The notes under the pieces were generated by a model, which did no database searches, was not told where the DNA came from, and worked only from the letters and a program-made list of their open reading frames with translations. Shown here piece after piece: positions 1 to 9,017 of a stretch of 64,000 bases of DNA (its first letter is position 1; the number at the start of each line of letters is the position of its first letter). Source of the stretch: an uncultured Gemmataceae bacterium (lineage in GTDB: Bacteria; Planctomycetota; Planctomycetia; Gemmatales; Gemmataceae); NCBI GenBank assembly GCA_963750165.1, contig CAVVPN010000003.1, positions 2,464,001 to 2,528,000 on the forward strand, given 5' to 3'. The position numbers and the translations under genes are program-made.

Positions 1-1807
1 GTGACAGCATCCTGTCATAAACGCGCAGCTCGTCCAGCGCCCCGTGGAAGCGACCGCCGCCGCCCGCCCCGAGCCGCAGTGGTTGGGCCGTCTTGAAGTT
101 CTGGTTGATGTCGTCCAGATGAATCTTGAGCTTTTGCAGCCGGCCGTTGACATACACCTGAATGCCCGCCGCGAGCCGCGAGCCATCGTAGATCACCGCG
201 ACGTGCTGCCATTCGTTGACCGCCAGGCGCTCCGCGGTCTCGACGCGGATGGCGTCGTCAAGCCAGCGCTTGACGAACTGCACCTGCAAGCTGCCGTCGC
301 GCACCGCCAGCAGATAACCCTCGGCGCGGTCGGTGTGGGCCATGCGGCTCAGCACCGGGCCGGCGTCGAGGTTGGCCGGCTTGACCCACAGGCTGAGGCT
401 GAAGCGGTCGAAGAAGCCGAAGCCCGCTGCGTCGCCAAGGTCGCGGTAGCGCTGGCCGTCGAATGCCTCCTTGCCCAGCGGGAAGTGGTGGACGAGGTGC
501 TCCGCCGGCGACCAGCTACACGGCTTGCCGGCCGCCTCCGACGTTTCCCATTGCCGCTGAGCGTTGCGCAGCGCCGGCTGCAACTGCTGGAAGCGCAGCC
601 GCGCCGCGGCCTGGCGGGCGTCCAGGTCCTGCAATTGCCGTTGCTGTGCGGGCGTCGGCGACTTGAGGAACGGCGGCGAGTTGCCGTACTTCCTCGCCTT
701 GCCGTGCTCCGGCACGTTGTTGAAATACGCGAACACCTGATAGAACTCGCGCTGCGTCAGCGGGTCGTACTTGTGGTCGTGGCAGCGGGCACAGCCCATC
801 GTCAGGCCGAGCCAGACCGTGAACGTCGTATCGACTCGATCCACCACGTATTCGACCTGGAACTCCTCCGGGATGACGCCGCCCTCGGAGTTGCCGCGGT
901 GGTTGCGATTGAAGCCGGTCGCGATCTTCTGTTCCAGCGTCGCGCCCGGCAGCAGGTCGCCGGCCAGCTGCTCGATGGTGAAGCGGTCGAACGGCAGGTT
1001 GCGGTTGTAGGCGTCGATCACCCAGTCGCGCCAGCGCCACATGACGCGCTCGCCGTCGTTCTGATAGCCGCTGGTGTCCGCGTAGCGGGCCGCGTCCAGC
1101 CAGCGATAGGCCATGCGCTCGCCGTAGCGCGGCGACGCCAGCAGCCGGTCCACCACCTTCTCATAAGCATTCGTCGATGCGTCGTTGACGAAGGCATCGA
1201 CCTCGGCGGGCGTCGGCGGCAGCCCGGTCAGGTCGAAACTGACGCGACGAAGCAGCGTCGCCCGGTCGGCCTCGGGCGCCGGCTTGAGGCCGTGCTTTTC
1301 CAGCCCGGCGAGGACGAAATGGTCGATGGGGTTGCGCGGCCATTGCTTGAACTGGACCGGCGGCAGCGGCGGCCGCGCCGGCGGCACGAACGACCAGTGT
1401 TCCTGCCACGGCGCCCCTTCCGCGACCCAGCGCCGCAGCAGGGCCTTCTGGGTGGCGGTCAGTTGATGGCCGCTCTTCGGTGGCGGCATGATTTCGCGCG
1501 GATCCTTGCTCAGCACGCGCGCCAGCAGTTCGCTCTCGTCCGGCTTGCCGGGCACGATGACGCGGTAACCGCCGCGGTCGCCGAAGACGGCGGCCTTCTG
1601 GTCGAGGCGGAGGTTCGCCTTGCGGCGGGAGTTGTCGGGGCCGTGGCAGTTGAAGCAGTTGTCCGACAGCAACGGGCGGATGTCGCGATTGAAGACGACC
1701 GGCGCGGGCGTGGGGGATTGCACCTTCGCCGGTTGCTGGGCGCTCGTCCACAGCGCGGCGGCCGGCAGCAGCAACAGGCCGAAAATCAGCGAAAGGCGGA
1801 AGAGCAT
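1..1807 (-). CDS. Planctomycete cytochrome c / PSD1 (DUF1549-DUF1553 type) protein with LamG-like domain; runs off the left edge
   Basis: Manual translation from ATG 1807 gives MLFRLSLIFGLLLLPAAALW (signal peptide), FNRDIRPLLSDNCFNCHGPD, NPIDHFV, LLRRVSFDLTGLPPT, WLDAARYADTSG and GCARCHDHKYDP. No stop inside the window, so it is absent from the ORF track. Confidence 0.9.
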   Translation of the reverse strand, partial: MLFRLSLIFGLLLLPAAALWTSAQQPAKVQSPTPAPVVFNRDIRPLLSDNCFNCHGPDNSRRKANLRLDQKAAVFGDRGGYRVIVPGKPDESELLARVLSKDPREIMPPPKSGHQLTATQKALLRRWVAEGAPWQEHWSFVPPARPPLPPVQFKQWPRNPIDHFVLAGLEKHGLKPAPEADRATLLRRVSFDLTGLPPTPAEVDAFVNDASTNAYEKVVDRLLASPRYGERMAYRWLDAARYADTSGYQNDGERVMWRWRDWVIDAYNRNLPFDRFTIEQLAGDLLPGATLEQKIATGFNRNHRGNSEGGVIPEEFQVEYVVDRVDTTFTVWLGLTMGCARCHDHKYDPLTQREFYQVFAYFNNVPEHGKARKYGNSPPFLKSPTPAQQRQLQDLDARQAAARLRFQQLQPALRNAQRQWETSEAAGKPCSWSPAEHLVHHFPLGKEAFDGQRYRDLGDAAGFGFFDRFSLSLWVKPANLDAGPVLSRMAHTDRAEGYLLAVRDGSLQVQFVKRWLDDAIRVETAERLAVNEWQHVAVIYDGSRLAAGIQVYVNGRLQKLKIHLDDINQNFKTAQPLRLGAGGGGRFHGALDELRVYDRMLS

Positions 1808-1881
1808 GGCCGGGGTCCGTCAAGTGGTGGGAATCGCGCCTGGAGATGATTGTAAGCAGCAGTGGCAGAATGCGTCTATTA

Positions 1882-1964
1882 GTTTTGGCGAGCGGCGCGG
1901 CGTCAGCCCGCCGGTGAAGACCAGGGCAGCACCGGCGGGCTGACGCCGCGCCGCTCGCCAAAAC
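1882..1964. repeat. REP-like long inverted repeat
   Basis: gttttggcgagcggcgcggcgtcagcccgccggtg ... caccggcgggctgacgccgcgccgctcgccaaaac. Confidence 0.85.
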
Positions 1965-1970
1965 CACGTG

Positions 1971-3452
1971 CTACGGCAACTCCCGCTCGACCACGACGAT
2001 TTCATTATCTGTGAAGCCACGTTCCGCGGCGGTCGCCTGCCAGAAGCGGCGATAGAGCAGCCGCACCCGGACGCGCTGCACGCCGGCGGCGAAGGTGAAG
2101 TCGCGGCGCTCGGTTTGGCCAGGCGTCAGCCGCGTGTCCTCGCCCTCCGCGAACGCCGACCAGAACGGCACCGGTTGCCGGCCGTCCTCGCCCGTCAGCG
2201 TTTTGGCGAACAGCGCCCCCGCCCGACCGGCCAGCGCCGCCCCGACGTGCGGCGGCAGCACCGCACCCTTTTGCAGCGCGACCGGCTTGCCCGCGGCGTC
2301 GAACGCCTCGACCACCAGCAGCACATGGCGGTCGATGAACCCGGTCGGCACGCGATGGCCTACACGCTCGGCGCGGACTTCCACGCGGACATGCAGCCCG
2401 TCGCGGCTCGCCTCCAGTTTCAAGCAGCGGCGCAGCATCTCCGCCTGACCGCCGGGCAGGCGATGGCTGCTGAGCGTCCACGGGTCGCGGTCGCTGCCGC
2501 CCTTGCCGGGCGCGACGTTGGTGAGCGTGCCGTCCGGCGCCATGTGGCAGTGCTGGCACTGCTGGCCGCGCTGGCGGGCGGGACTTTGCAGCCACTCGGA
2601 GTAGGTGCCGTAAGCGTGCTGGCCGAAAACGACGCCTTCATGGCAGGACGCACAGTAACGGCTCTCCTTGTAGAAGGGGGCGTAGGCGAATTGCTCGCCC
2701 TCACGGTGGGCGTCGTCGAGCGGGCCGAAGAACAGCTGCTTGCCGTTCGGCGGCCGCAACAGCGGCAGGCCATCGCGGCCGAAGCGGGTGCCGAGCTTGT
2801 CCGTCGGGGCGTCGGCGATCTTGTGGCAGTAGTCGCAGTGAACGCCGTGCGCGGCGACACCCGGCGGCTGGCGCAGGTCGTAGTTCAGCATGGCGTCGGA
2901 GAAGGTCGGGGCGTGGCAGGTGACGCAGACGCCGGCGCCTTCGGGTCGGTGCTTCCACAGGTAGGCGGCGAAGACGGCGCGGAAGTGGCGCCCGCCAGAA
3001 GCGCGGGCGTGGCCGCTGGCAGCCCAGTCGCGGTAAATCTGCGCGTGACAGTTGCCGCAGTTGTCGGGCTTCTTCGCGTCCGGCGTCGGGTCGATCCATT
3101 CGTACTCGTCGTTGTCGGCGGCTGGCAGCGGCGTCAGCGTCAACAGCAGCGGCCGGCGATCCAGCGGCACCGTGGCGATGGCGTAGCCGGTTTTCGAGGC
3201 GCTGACGCGGCCGGCGGCGGCCTTGCTGAGGCGAAAGCGGCCCTGTGCGTCGGTGAAGGTGCATTGGCCGCCATGACGGACGCGCGTCCCCGCGACGGGG
3301 CCGTGGTCGTCGCGCACCTGACCGGGGAGGTCGTCCGCTTCCGGGGTCGGGTCGGGGGCTGGGGAGGATATGGCGCAGCGCCAGAGCGACCAGCCGACCA
3401 GGACGGCGGCCGGCACGGCGAGCAACCACCACGGCCCGGGCATGCGGCGCAT
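1971..3452 (-). CDS. Multiheme c-type cytochrome (5 CxxCH) with N-terminal membrane anchor and carboxypeptidase-regulatory-like domain
   Basis: CGNCH, CVTCH, CDYCH, CASCH, CQHCH; GHRVPTG downstream; hydrophobic N-terminus. Confidence 0.85.
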   Translation of the reverse strand: MRRMPGPWWLLAVPAAVLVGWSLWRCAISSPAPDPTPEADDLPGQVRDDHGPVAGTRVRHGGQCTFTDAQGRFRLSKAAAGRVSASKTGYAIATVPLDRRPLLLTLTPLPAADNDEYEWIDPTPDAKKPDNCGNCHAQIYRDWAASGHARASGGRHFRAVFAAYLWKHRPEGAGVCVTCHAPTFSDAMLNYDLRQPPGVAAHGVHCDYCHKIADAPTDKLGTRFGRDGLPLLRPPNGKQLFFGPLDDAHREGEQFAYAPFYKESRYCASCHEGVVFGQHAYGTYSEWLQSPARQRGQQCQHCHMAPDGTLTNVAPGKGGSDRDPWTLSSHRLPGGQAEMLRRCLKLEASRDGLHVRVEVRAERVGHRVPTGFIDRHVLLVVEAFDAAGKPVALQKGAVLPPHVGAALAGRAGALFAKTLTGEDGRQPVPFWSAFAEGEDTRLTPGQTERRDFTFAAGVQRVRVRLLYRRFWQATAAERGFTDNEIVVVERELP

Positions 3453-3645
3453 GAGCTACCTCGGGAAACGCCTCAGGCAAGCAGCCAGTAGATCCAGGGT
3501 AAGGCGCAACAGGGATACCGAGGGCTGGTTGCTCGGTACACTTTAGCCGCAGGTGCCATCTGGGCAAGTGTTTTGCAGAAACGTCTCCCATTTGTTGAGA
3601 ACGCTGTTCTGGTTACAATGGGAACAGGCCCGGGATGGAATCCGC

Positions 3646-4212
3646 ATGGACTACGACTTCGAAAAGATCTTCGATCACCCGTTGATGCTGGGGGAATTGC
3701 TACCGGCGGCGATTGTAGTGTTCGGCGGGCTGGCGGTGAGCGAGTTCCGCATCCGGGTGCGGTGGCGCCGTTCGTCGGCGGACGTGGAACAGAACGACCG
3801 GTTAGTGATCCGTTGGGACCTGGAACAACTGGAGCGTCACTATCCCGGCCTGCGTCAGAAAGTGGAGAACGTCCAGCGGCGGGACCTGTATCGGTCCTTG
3901 CAAACGGCGAACGCGGCGGTGATCGTGACTGCGGCCGTGCTGGAGAACATCGCGCCGGGCACCAGGTGGAGCATGCGTTCCGACAAGGGCACGTACCACG
4001 ATTACTACCTGAATGAGAGTTCGGAAGAAATGGTGGAAGTGGCGGGCCGCGGCAGTAGCGAGAAGGGTCTGGATACGCTGTTTTTGGAAGAGAAGGACCA
4101 GAGCGACAAGAACCCCACCCTCCGCAAGCGCTGGGTGAGTGTGACGGTCTTCTCAGCCAGGCCGCGAAATCGTACCGAGGGGCTGCACGATGATGACGCT
4201 AACCAATCCTGA
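3646..4212 (+). CDS. Hypothetical protein, possible PD-(D/E)XK-like nuclease fold
   Basis: RSDKGTYHDYYL...MVEVAG pattern; overlaps the start of the next ORF. Confidence 0.5.
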   Translation: MDYDFEKIFDHPLMLGELLPAAIVVFGGLAVSEFRIRVRWRRSSADVEQNDRLVIRWDLEQLERHYPGLRQKVENVQRRDLYRSLQTANAAVIVTAAVLENIAPGTRWSMRSDKGTYHDYYLNESSEEMVEVAGRGSSEKGLDTLFLEEKDQSDKNPTLRKRWVSVTVFSARPRNRTEGLHDDDANQS

Positions 4213-4798
4213 ATACCGGCAACTGGCCCGCGAGTCCTCGAACCAGATGCTGCGTTATGACGCCGAACGGCTCCAGGGGAATTTTGAGGAAGCCGGGCTG
4301 GCGATCTGGCAAGCGGGCCAGAACCGGATGAAGATGGCCGACCTCGGCCGCCAGGAGGGGGATGTCTCCCGGGCGGCCGCGGACTTGCTTTCGGCCGCGG
4401 CCTGCTTCCTTCAGGCCGGCAACCTCAAGTGGGCAGAGCGGGCCTTTCGGGAGCTGGAGCAACTAGGCCCACTGCCGGCCGAACGCCGCGATCTGACGGA
4501 CGCGCGGGCAGAGCGCGCCGGGCAACTCGACGAACTGGCGCGCCGGCAGCATCAGGTCGGCGCCGAACTCGATCGGCACGCCGACTGGTTGCAGACGGCT
4601 CCGGCCCAATTGCTGGAGTTGGCGCAGGCCCGGTTGGAGGAATTCCCCGGTTGGGCACGCCTCCATTGTTTGCTGGCCGACCTGGAAACGCAACGGGGTG
4701 ATGTCGAGGCCGTCGCCCGGCACGCCGCCCTGGCCGTTGCGTTTGACTCCGAGCAGACACTGCTGGGGTCAAAAAAGGAGGATGTTCATCATTATTGA
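4190..4798 (+). CDS. Hypothetical alpha-helical (TPR-like) protein
   Basis: 202 aa Ala/Leu-rich helical ORF coupled to the upstream gene. Confidence 0.55.
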   Translation: MMTLTNPEYRQLARESSNQMLRYDAERLQGNFEEAGLAIWQAGQNRMKMADLGRQEGDVSRAAADLLSAAACFLQAGNLKWAERAFRELEQLGPLPAERRDLTDARAERAGQLDELARRQHQVGAELDRHADWLQTAPAQLLELAQARLEEFPGWARLHCLLADLETQRGDVEAVARHAALAVAFDSEQTLLGSKKEDVHHY

Positions 4799-4902
4799 GA
4801 CCTGAAATGACTGAATGTCACCCTTTCTGCTCTTTTTCTGTTCGGCAAGGAACTGATGAAACGACTGAGCGATCTCGCAGCAGGGTAAATCAGGAGGTGA
4901 CA

Positions 4903-5028
4903 GTGAAACGGCAAACCGTCTACCTCGCCCGGCTTACGAACACCGTCGTGCGTGGCTTCAAAGAGCCGATCAAGATCGGGAAGACCAAGAACCTAACGAA
5001 ACGGATGGGGGACTATTATCGTCGATAA
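4903..5028 (+). pseudogene. Truncated GIY-YIG / T5orf172-like nuclease fragment
   Basis: Strong RBS AGGAGGTGA, then GTG; VYLARL...IKIGKTKNLTKRMGDY followed by an early stop (41 aa). Confidence 0.5.
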
Positions 5029-5289
5029 CTGGGCATCCCGTCCCGCTTCGATGTCGCGCACCGTGTTGGCGTTCGGAATCCCGGCGAGCTTGGCGAGGGT
5101 GTACCAGGTCAAGCCGCGGGCCTGTCGCGCCCTGCGAACCTGGGCCGGGATGCCGGGAGGCGCTTCCGCGGGGCCGCCGGTTGCCGTCGGCGGAAACTCC
5201 TGCGCGATCTGTTGCCGAATGGCCGCGTGACGGGTGCGCTTCTCCGGCGTCGCCGGTCGCTCGATGCGCTTGAATTGCTTTTCGGCCAT
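4993..5289 (-). CDS. XRE-family HTH protein (antitoxin-like), probably C-terminally truncated
   Basis: VRRARQARGLTWYTLAKLAGIPNANTVRDIEAGRDAQLST; the end runs into the opposite-strand fragment. Confidence 0.7.
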   Translation of the reverse strand: MAEKQFKRIERPATPEKRTRHAAIRQQIAQEFPPTATGGPAEAPPGIPAQVRRARQARGLTWYTLAKLAGIPNANTVRDIEAGRDAQLSTIIVPHPFR

Positions 5290-5374
5290 CGCAACGCTCT
5301 CCTCTAGGATCACTTCTCTCGACACCGTTTCTGGACGCCGTTAAATAATTCATTTTGGAGAAAGGACAACGACA

Positions 5375-5587
5375 ATGACGACTGCCGAAATCATTCCCGC
5401 TTTGCGTGCCTTGCCTCGAAGCGAGAAATTCCGCATCGCAAGGCTGTTGCTTGATGACCTGGCCGCAGAGGAATTGCTCGCGACGCTCAAGCCGGGACAG
5501 GAATTCCCCATCCATACCCCCGCGTTCGCCCCCGGCGCGGCCGCACAGCTCGCCACGCTTCTCCAGGAACCAGGGAAGTCCCCATGA
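5375..5587 (+). CDS. Small helical hypothetical protein (antitoxin-like)
   Basis: 70 aa; RBS GGAGAAAGGA; ATGA overlap with the next gene. Confidence 0.7.
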   Translation: MTTAEIIPALRALPRSEKFRIARLLLDDLAAEELLATLKPGQEFPIHTPAFAPGAAAQLATLLQEPGKSP

Positions 5588-6015
5588 GCCTGTCCGAGCA
5601 GTTTCCCTACCGCGACCGAACTCCGACCGCGGCGGGCTTCGACCTGATGCCGGACCTTCCCATTCTACTCCGCTCGTCAACCTCCACGCTGTCCGGGTTG
5701 GCGCTGGTCGATAGCGGTGCGACCATCAGTGTGTTGCCTTATTCGCTTGGCTTGCAACTGGGGTTCGACTGGAACTCCCAGCAGTTGCCAATCCGGTTAA
5801 CAGGCGCCCTGGCCCAGGTCGAAGCCCGCGGAATCGCGGTTGAGGCCATTGTCGGACAGCTTGCGCCCGTCCGCCTCGTAATGGCCTGGGCCGCTTCGGA
5901 TCAGGTTCCGTTTGTGCTCGGTCAGTTCAATTTCTTTCAGGCATTCGACATCTTCTTCTCCCGTTCGCGTGGGATCTTTGAGGTGCGGACGGCGCTTGCT
6001 CCAGCAACCCCTTGA
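5584..6015 (+). CDS. Retropepsin-like (clan AA) aspartic protease
   Basis: ALVDSGATISVLP catalytic motif; C-terminal VLGQFNFF. Confidence 0.8.
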   Translation: MSLSEQFPYRDRTPTAAGFDLMPDLPILLRSSTSTLSGLALVDSGATISVLPYSLGLQLGFDWNSQQLPIRLTGALAQVEARGIAVEAIVGQLAPVRLVMAWAASDQVPFVLGQFNFFQAFDIFFSRSRGIFEVRTALAPATP

Positions 6016-6028
6016 ACGACTTCAGCGC

Positions 6029-7015
6029 TCAAGCGAGCAGCCACCGCGCCAGGTTGAGGTACAGCAAAATCGTCACCACGTCCGCCGCCGCCAGCGCGAT
6101 CGGCCCGGCGGCGACGCGCGGCTCCAGCCGCAACAGCCGCAGCAAGAACGGCAGCGCCAGCCCGAACACCGCCGCCGCCGCCACGCCGCCGCTGATGCCG
6201 CCCACCAGGCACAACGCCACACGCCCCTTCCCCAGCCACCCCAGCGCCACCAGCGCCATCACCGACCCGCTCGCCAGCCCGAGCATGAAGCCCGTCGCCA
6301 GTTCGCGGCCAAGCCGTGCCGGCAGCGTCCGCCAACTCGGCGCCTCGCCGTGCAGCATCTGTAGCGCCAGGCTCACCGACTGGCTGCTGACGCTCTCGGC
6401 CAGGTTCAGCACTACCGGGATGAAGAACGCCAGTTCCACCACGCCGTTCAGCACGTCCTCGAACACGCCGGACAGCAGCGCCGCCAGAATGCCCGCGGCC
6501 AGGTTGCAGCCCAGCCACGGGAAGCGCAGCCGAAACGCCTTCAGCGGTGACCCGTGGCGGGCGCCGGTCGCGCTCACGCCCACCAGCTGGAACAGGTCGT
6601 CACCGACGCGGCCCTCGCCCAGCTGGCTCAGCTCGTCGGTGTACAGCTCCATGTCCACCACGCCGAGCAGGCGGCCGCCGTCGTCCACGACCGGGAACGC
6701 CAGCAGCCGGTGCTGGATGAAGAACTCGCACGCCTCCAGCACCGTCGCCGTCGCGGGCAGCGTAATCACCTGGCGCACCATGAGGTCGGCCAGCGGCTTG
6801 TCAGGCAGACTGAGCACGAGACGGCGGGTCGGCACCACGCCCTGCAAGCGGCTGTCGCCGTCCACCACGTAGAAGTAAATGATGCGCCCCGGCGGCGGGT
6901 GCTGGCGCAGCCAGTCCAGGGCCTCCCCCACCGTCTGGCGCACGTCCAGCTGGGGGAAGTCGCGGTGCATGTGCCCGGTGACGGGGTCGTTCCAGTTGGC
7001 CTTCGGTCCCACCAT
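6029..7015 (-). CDS. mgtE: Magnesium transporter MgtE (CBS pair plus TM domain)
   Basis: IIYFYVVD, LAFPVVD CBS motifs; RFPWL, FIPVV, GPIALAAADV TM motifs. Confidence 0.85.
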   Translation of the reverse strand: MVGPKANWNDPVTGHMHRDFPQLDVRQTVGEALDWLRQHPPPGRIIYFYVVDGDSRLQGVVPTRRLVLSLPDKPLADLMVRQVITLPATATVLEACEFFIQHRLLAFPVVDDGGRLLGVVDMELYTDELSQLGEGRVGDDLFQLVGVSATGARHGSPLKAFRLRFPWLGCNLAAGILAALLSGVFEDVLNGVVELAFFIPVVLNLAESVSSQSVSLALQMLHGEAPSWRTLPARLGRELATGFMLGLASGSVMALVALGWLGKGRVALCLVGGISGGVAAAAVFGLALPFLLRLLRLEPRVAAGPIALAAADVVTILLYLNLARWLLA

Positions 7016-7031
7016 CAGTCCTCCGCCACCG

Positions 7032-8903
7032 TCATCCACAAAGATACCAGGGCACGTTGACGACCATGACGCGGCGGAAGCCACTGAAGAGCAGGAAGGT
7101 CTTGATCACCGCCGCCGTCTGGTTGTGCAGCAGGTAATGATACCAGCGCGTCGGCACCAGTTCGGGGATGATGACGGCGAGGTCCCGGCCCGGGTGAGCG
7201 CGCTGCAGGTTCTCGACCGCGTGCTTCAGCGGCTCGTACAGCTTGCGGTAGGGCGAGTAGGTGACGATCAGCTTGGGCGCGGGGCAGCCCGCCGCCGCCG
7301 CCGGTTCGCGGACCAGTTTTTCCCAGTTGTCCTCGAGGTGAGCCATGGCGTGCTCGTCATCAGCGACGTGCAGGGCGTAGACCGTGGGCGAGAGCTTCAT
7401 GGCGATCCGCAGCGCCTTGCGGGTGACGGCGCTCCAGCCGCGGATTGGCAGCAGAACCATGGGCGGCTCCAGATCGTCGGCGTCGAGCGGCGCGGCGCTG
7501 GCCACCTCGCGGCCGACCGCCCGGTAATGCCCGTGGACGGCGGCGAACACGGCCAGCAGCGCCGGGATGAGCAGCACGATGACCCAGGCGCCGTCGAGGA
7601 ACTTCGAGACCAGCACGACGGCGAGCGCCACCGCCGTGCAGACCGCGCCGGCGGCGTTGACGGTCAGCGACGCCCGCGCGTGCGGCCCGCCCACCTTCCG
7701 CCAGTGGGCGACCATGCCCGCCTGCGACAGCGTGAACGCCAGGAACGCCCCAACAGCGAACAGCGGGATCAGGTGGTCGGTGATGCCGCCGAACGCGATC
7801 AGCAGCAGCGCCGCCAGCACCGCCAGCGCGAGAATGCCCTGCGAGTACACCAGTCGCCGGCCGCGGAGGGCGAAGCCGTTCGGCAGGTAGCCGTCCAGCG
7901 CGATCGCCCGACACAGCCGCGGGAAGTCCGCGAAACCGGTGTTGGCCGACAGCGCCAGCACGGCGAGCACGCCGGCGATCGTCACGTAGTAGAACCAGCC
8001 GCGGCCGACCACCGCGGCAGTTAATTGTGACAGCGTGCTGTTATAGCCCGACTCGCCCGGGTCCGTCGCGCCGATGCCGTAGGCCCAGCACAGGTACGCA
8101 ATGCCGGCGAGCAGGACGGCCAGCAGCACGATAATCGTCGTCAGCGTGCGGCGGGCGTAGACGATGCACGGCTCGCGGAAGGCGGTCACGCCGTTGCTGA
8201 CGGCCTCGACGCCGGTCATCGCTGTGCAGCCGCTGGCGAACGAACGCATGAGCACCCACAGCGACACGGCTGCCGCGGCGGGGGGCAGTATTGGCGGGGC
8301 CTCCACGGGCTCGGGCCGGCCGCCGGACAGCACCGCCTTGGCCGTGCCGATGGCGAGCACTGCCAGCAGCGTGACGATGAACAGGTACGTGGGCACGGCG
8401 AACGCCAGGCCCGACTCGCGCACGCCGCGCAGGTTGACCACCGTGATCAGAGTCAGGATCGCCAGGCAGAGCCAGAGCGTGTACGGCTGCAGGTCCGGCG
8501 CCGCGGAAATCAGCGCCCCGACGCCCGCCGAGATGCCGACGGCCACCACGAGCACATAGTCCAGCAGCAGTGCCGCAGCGGCGAGCAGGCCGGCGGTGGT
8601 GCCCAGGTTGTCCTTGGCGACGGTGTAGGAACCGCCGCCGTGCGGGTACGCCGTGATCGTTTGCCGATAGGAGAAGTAGACGACCAGCAAGAGGGCAATA
8701 ATGAGAGCGCTAATCGGCCCGATGTAGCCCGGGCCGGCCGCCCCCAGCGGGATGAGCAGCGTGAGCGCCGCTTCCGGGCCGTAGGCGGCGGAGCCGAGGG
8801 CGTCCAGGCCCAGCATCGGAATGCCGGCGAGCACCCCGACGCGGTGCTCGCCCTCCTCGTCCGTCGCCAGCGGCCTGCCGAACAGCCAGTCTGCCAGGGC
8901 CAT
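7032..8903 (-). CDS. APC-family permease, KimA/YdaO-like K+ transporter
   Basis: DALGSAAYGPE, SYRQTITAYPHGGGSY, GCTAMTGVEAVSNGV, LIPLFAVGAF, HYLLHNQTA. Confidence 0.85.
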   Translation of the reverse strand: MALADWLFGRPLATDEEGEHRVGVLAGIPMLGLDALGSAAYGPEAALTLLIPLGAAGPGYIGPISALIIALLLVVYFSYRQTITAYPHGGGSYTVAKDNLGTTAGLLAAAALLLDYVLVVAVGISAGVGALISAAPDLQPYTLWLCLAILTLITVVNLRGVRESGLAFAVPTYLFIVTLLAVLAIGTAKAVLSGGRPEPVEAPPILPPAAAAVSLWVLMRSFASGCTAMTGVEAVSNGVTAFREPCIVYARRTLTTIIVLLAVLLAGIAYLCWAYGIGATDPGESGYNSTLSQLTAAVVGRGWFYYVTIAGVLAVLALSANTGFADFPRLCRAIALDGYLPNGFALRGRRLVYSQGILALAVLAALLLIAFGGITDHLIPLFAVGAFLAFTLSQAGMVAHWRKVGGPHARASLTVNAAGAVCTAVALAVVLVSKFLDGAWVIVLLIPALLAVFAAVHGHYRAVGREVASAAPLDADDLEPPMVLLPIRGWSAVTRKALRIAMKLSPTVYALHVADDEHAMAHLEDNWEKLVREPAAAAGCPAPKLIVTYSPYRKLYEPLKHAVENLQRAHPGRDLAVIIPELVPTRWYHYLLHNQTAAVIKTFLLFSGFRRVMVVNVPWYLCG

Positions 8904-8918
8904 GAGTCACTCCGCAAT

Positions 8919-9000
8919 GAAGACCGCCTAAAGGCGGAACTACGAACGAAGACAGCGAAGCCGGCCTCTTCGTTCGTAGTTCCGCCTTTAGGCGGTCTTC
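8919..9000. repeat. REP doublet (inverted repeat)
   Basis: gaagaccgcctaaaggcggaactacgaacgaaga ... tcttcgttcgtagttccgcctttaggcggtcttc. Confidence 0.85.
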
Positions 9001-9017
9001 GCCACATGCCGTAGCCG

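Noticed and set aside
4840..4846. Other GTTCGGC-like cores (4840; CTTCGGC near 50163) as additional integron cassettes
   Set aside because: No matching downstream GCCGAAC/attC arm seen; a 7-mer alone is expected by chance.
8904..9017. c-di-AMP (ydaO) riboswitch upstream of the KimA-like gene
   Set aside because: The short intergenic region is almost entirely a REP doublet; no riboswitch consensus recognised.
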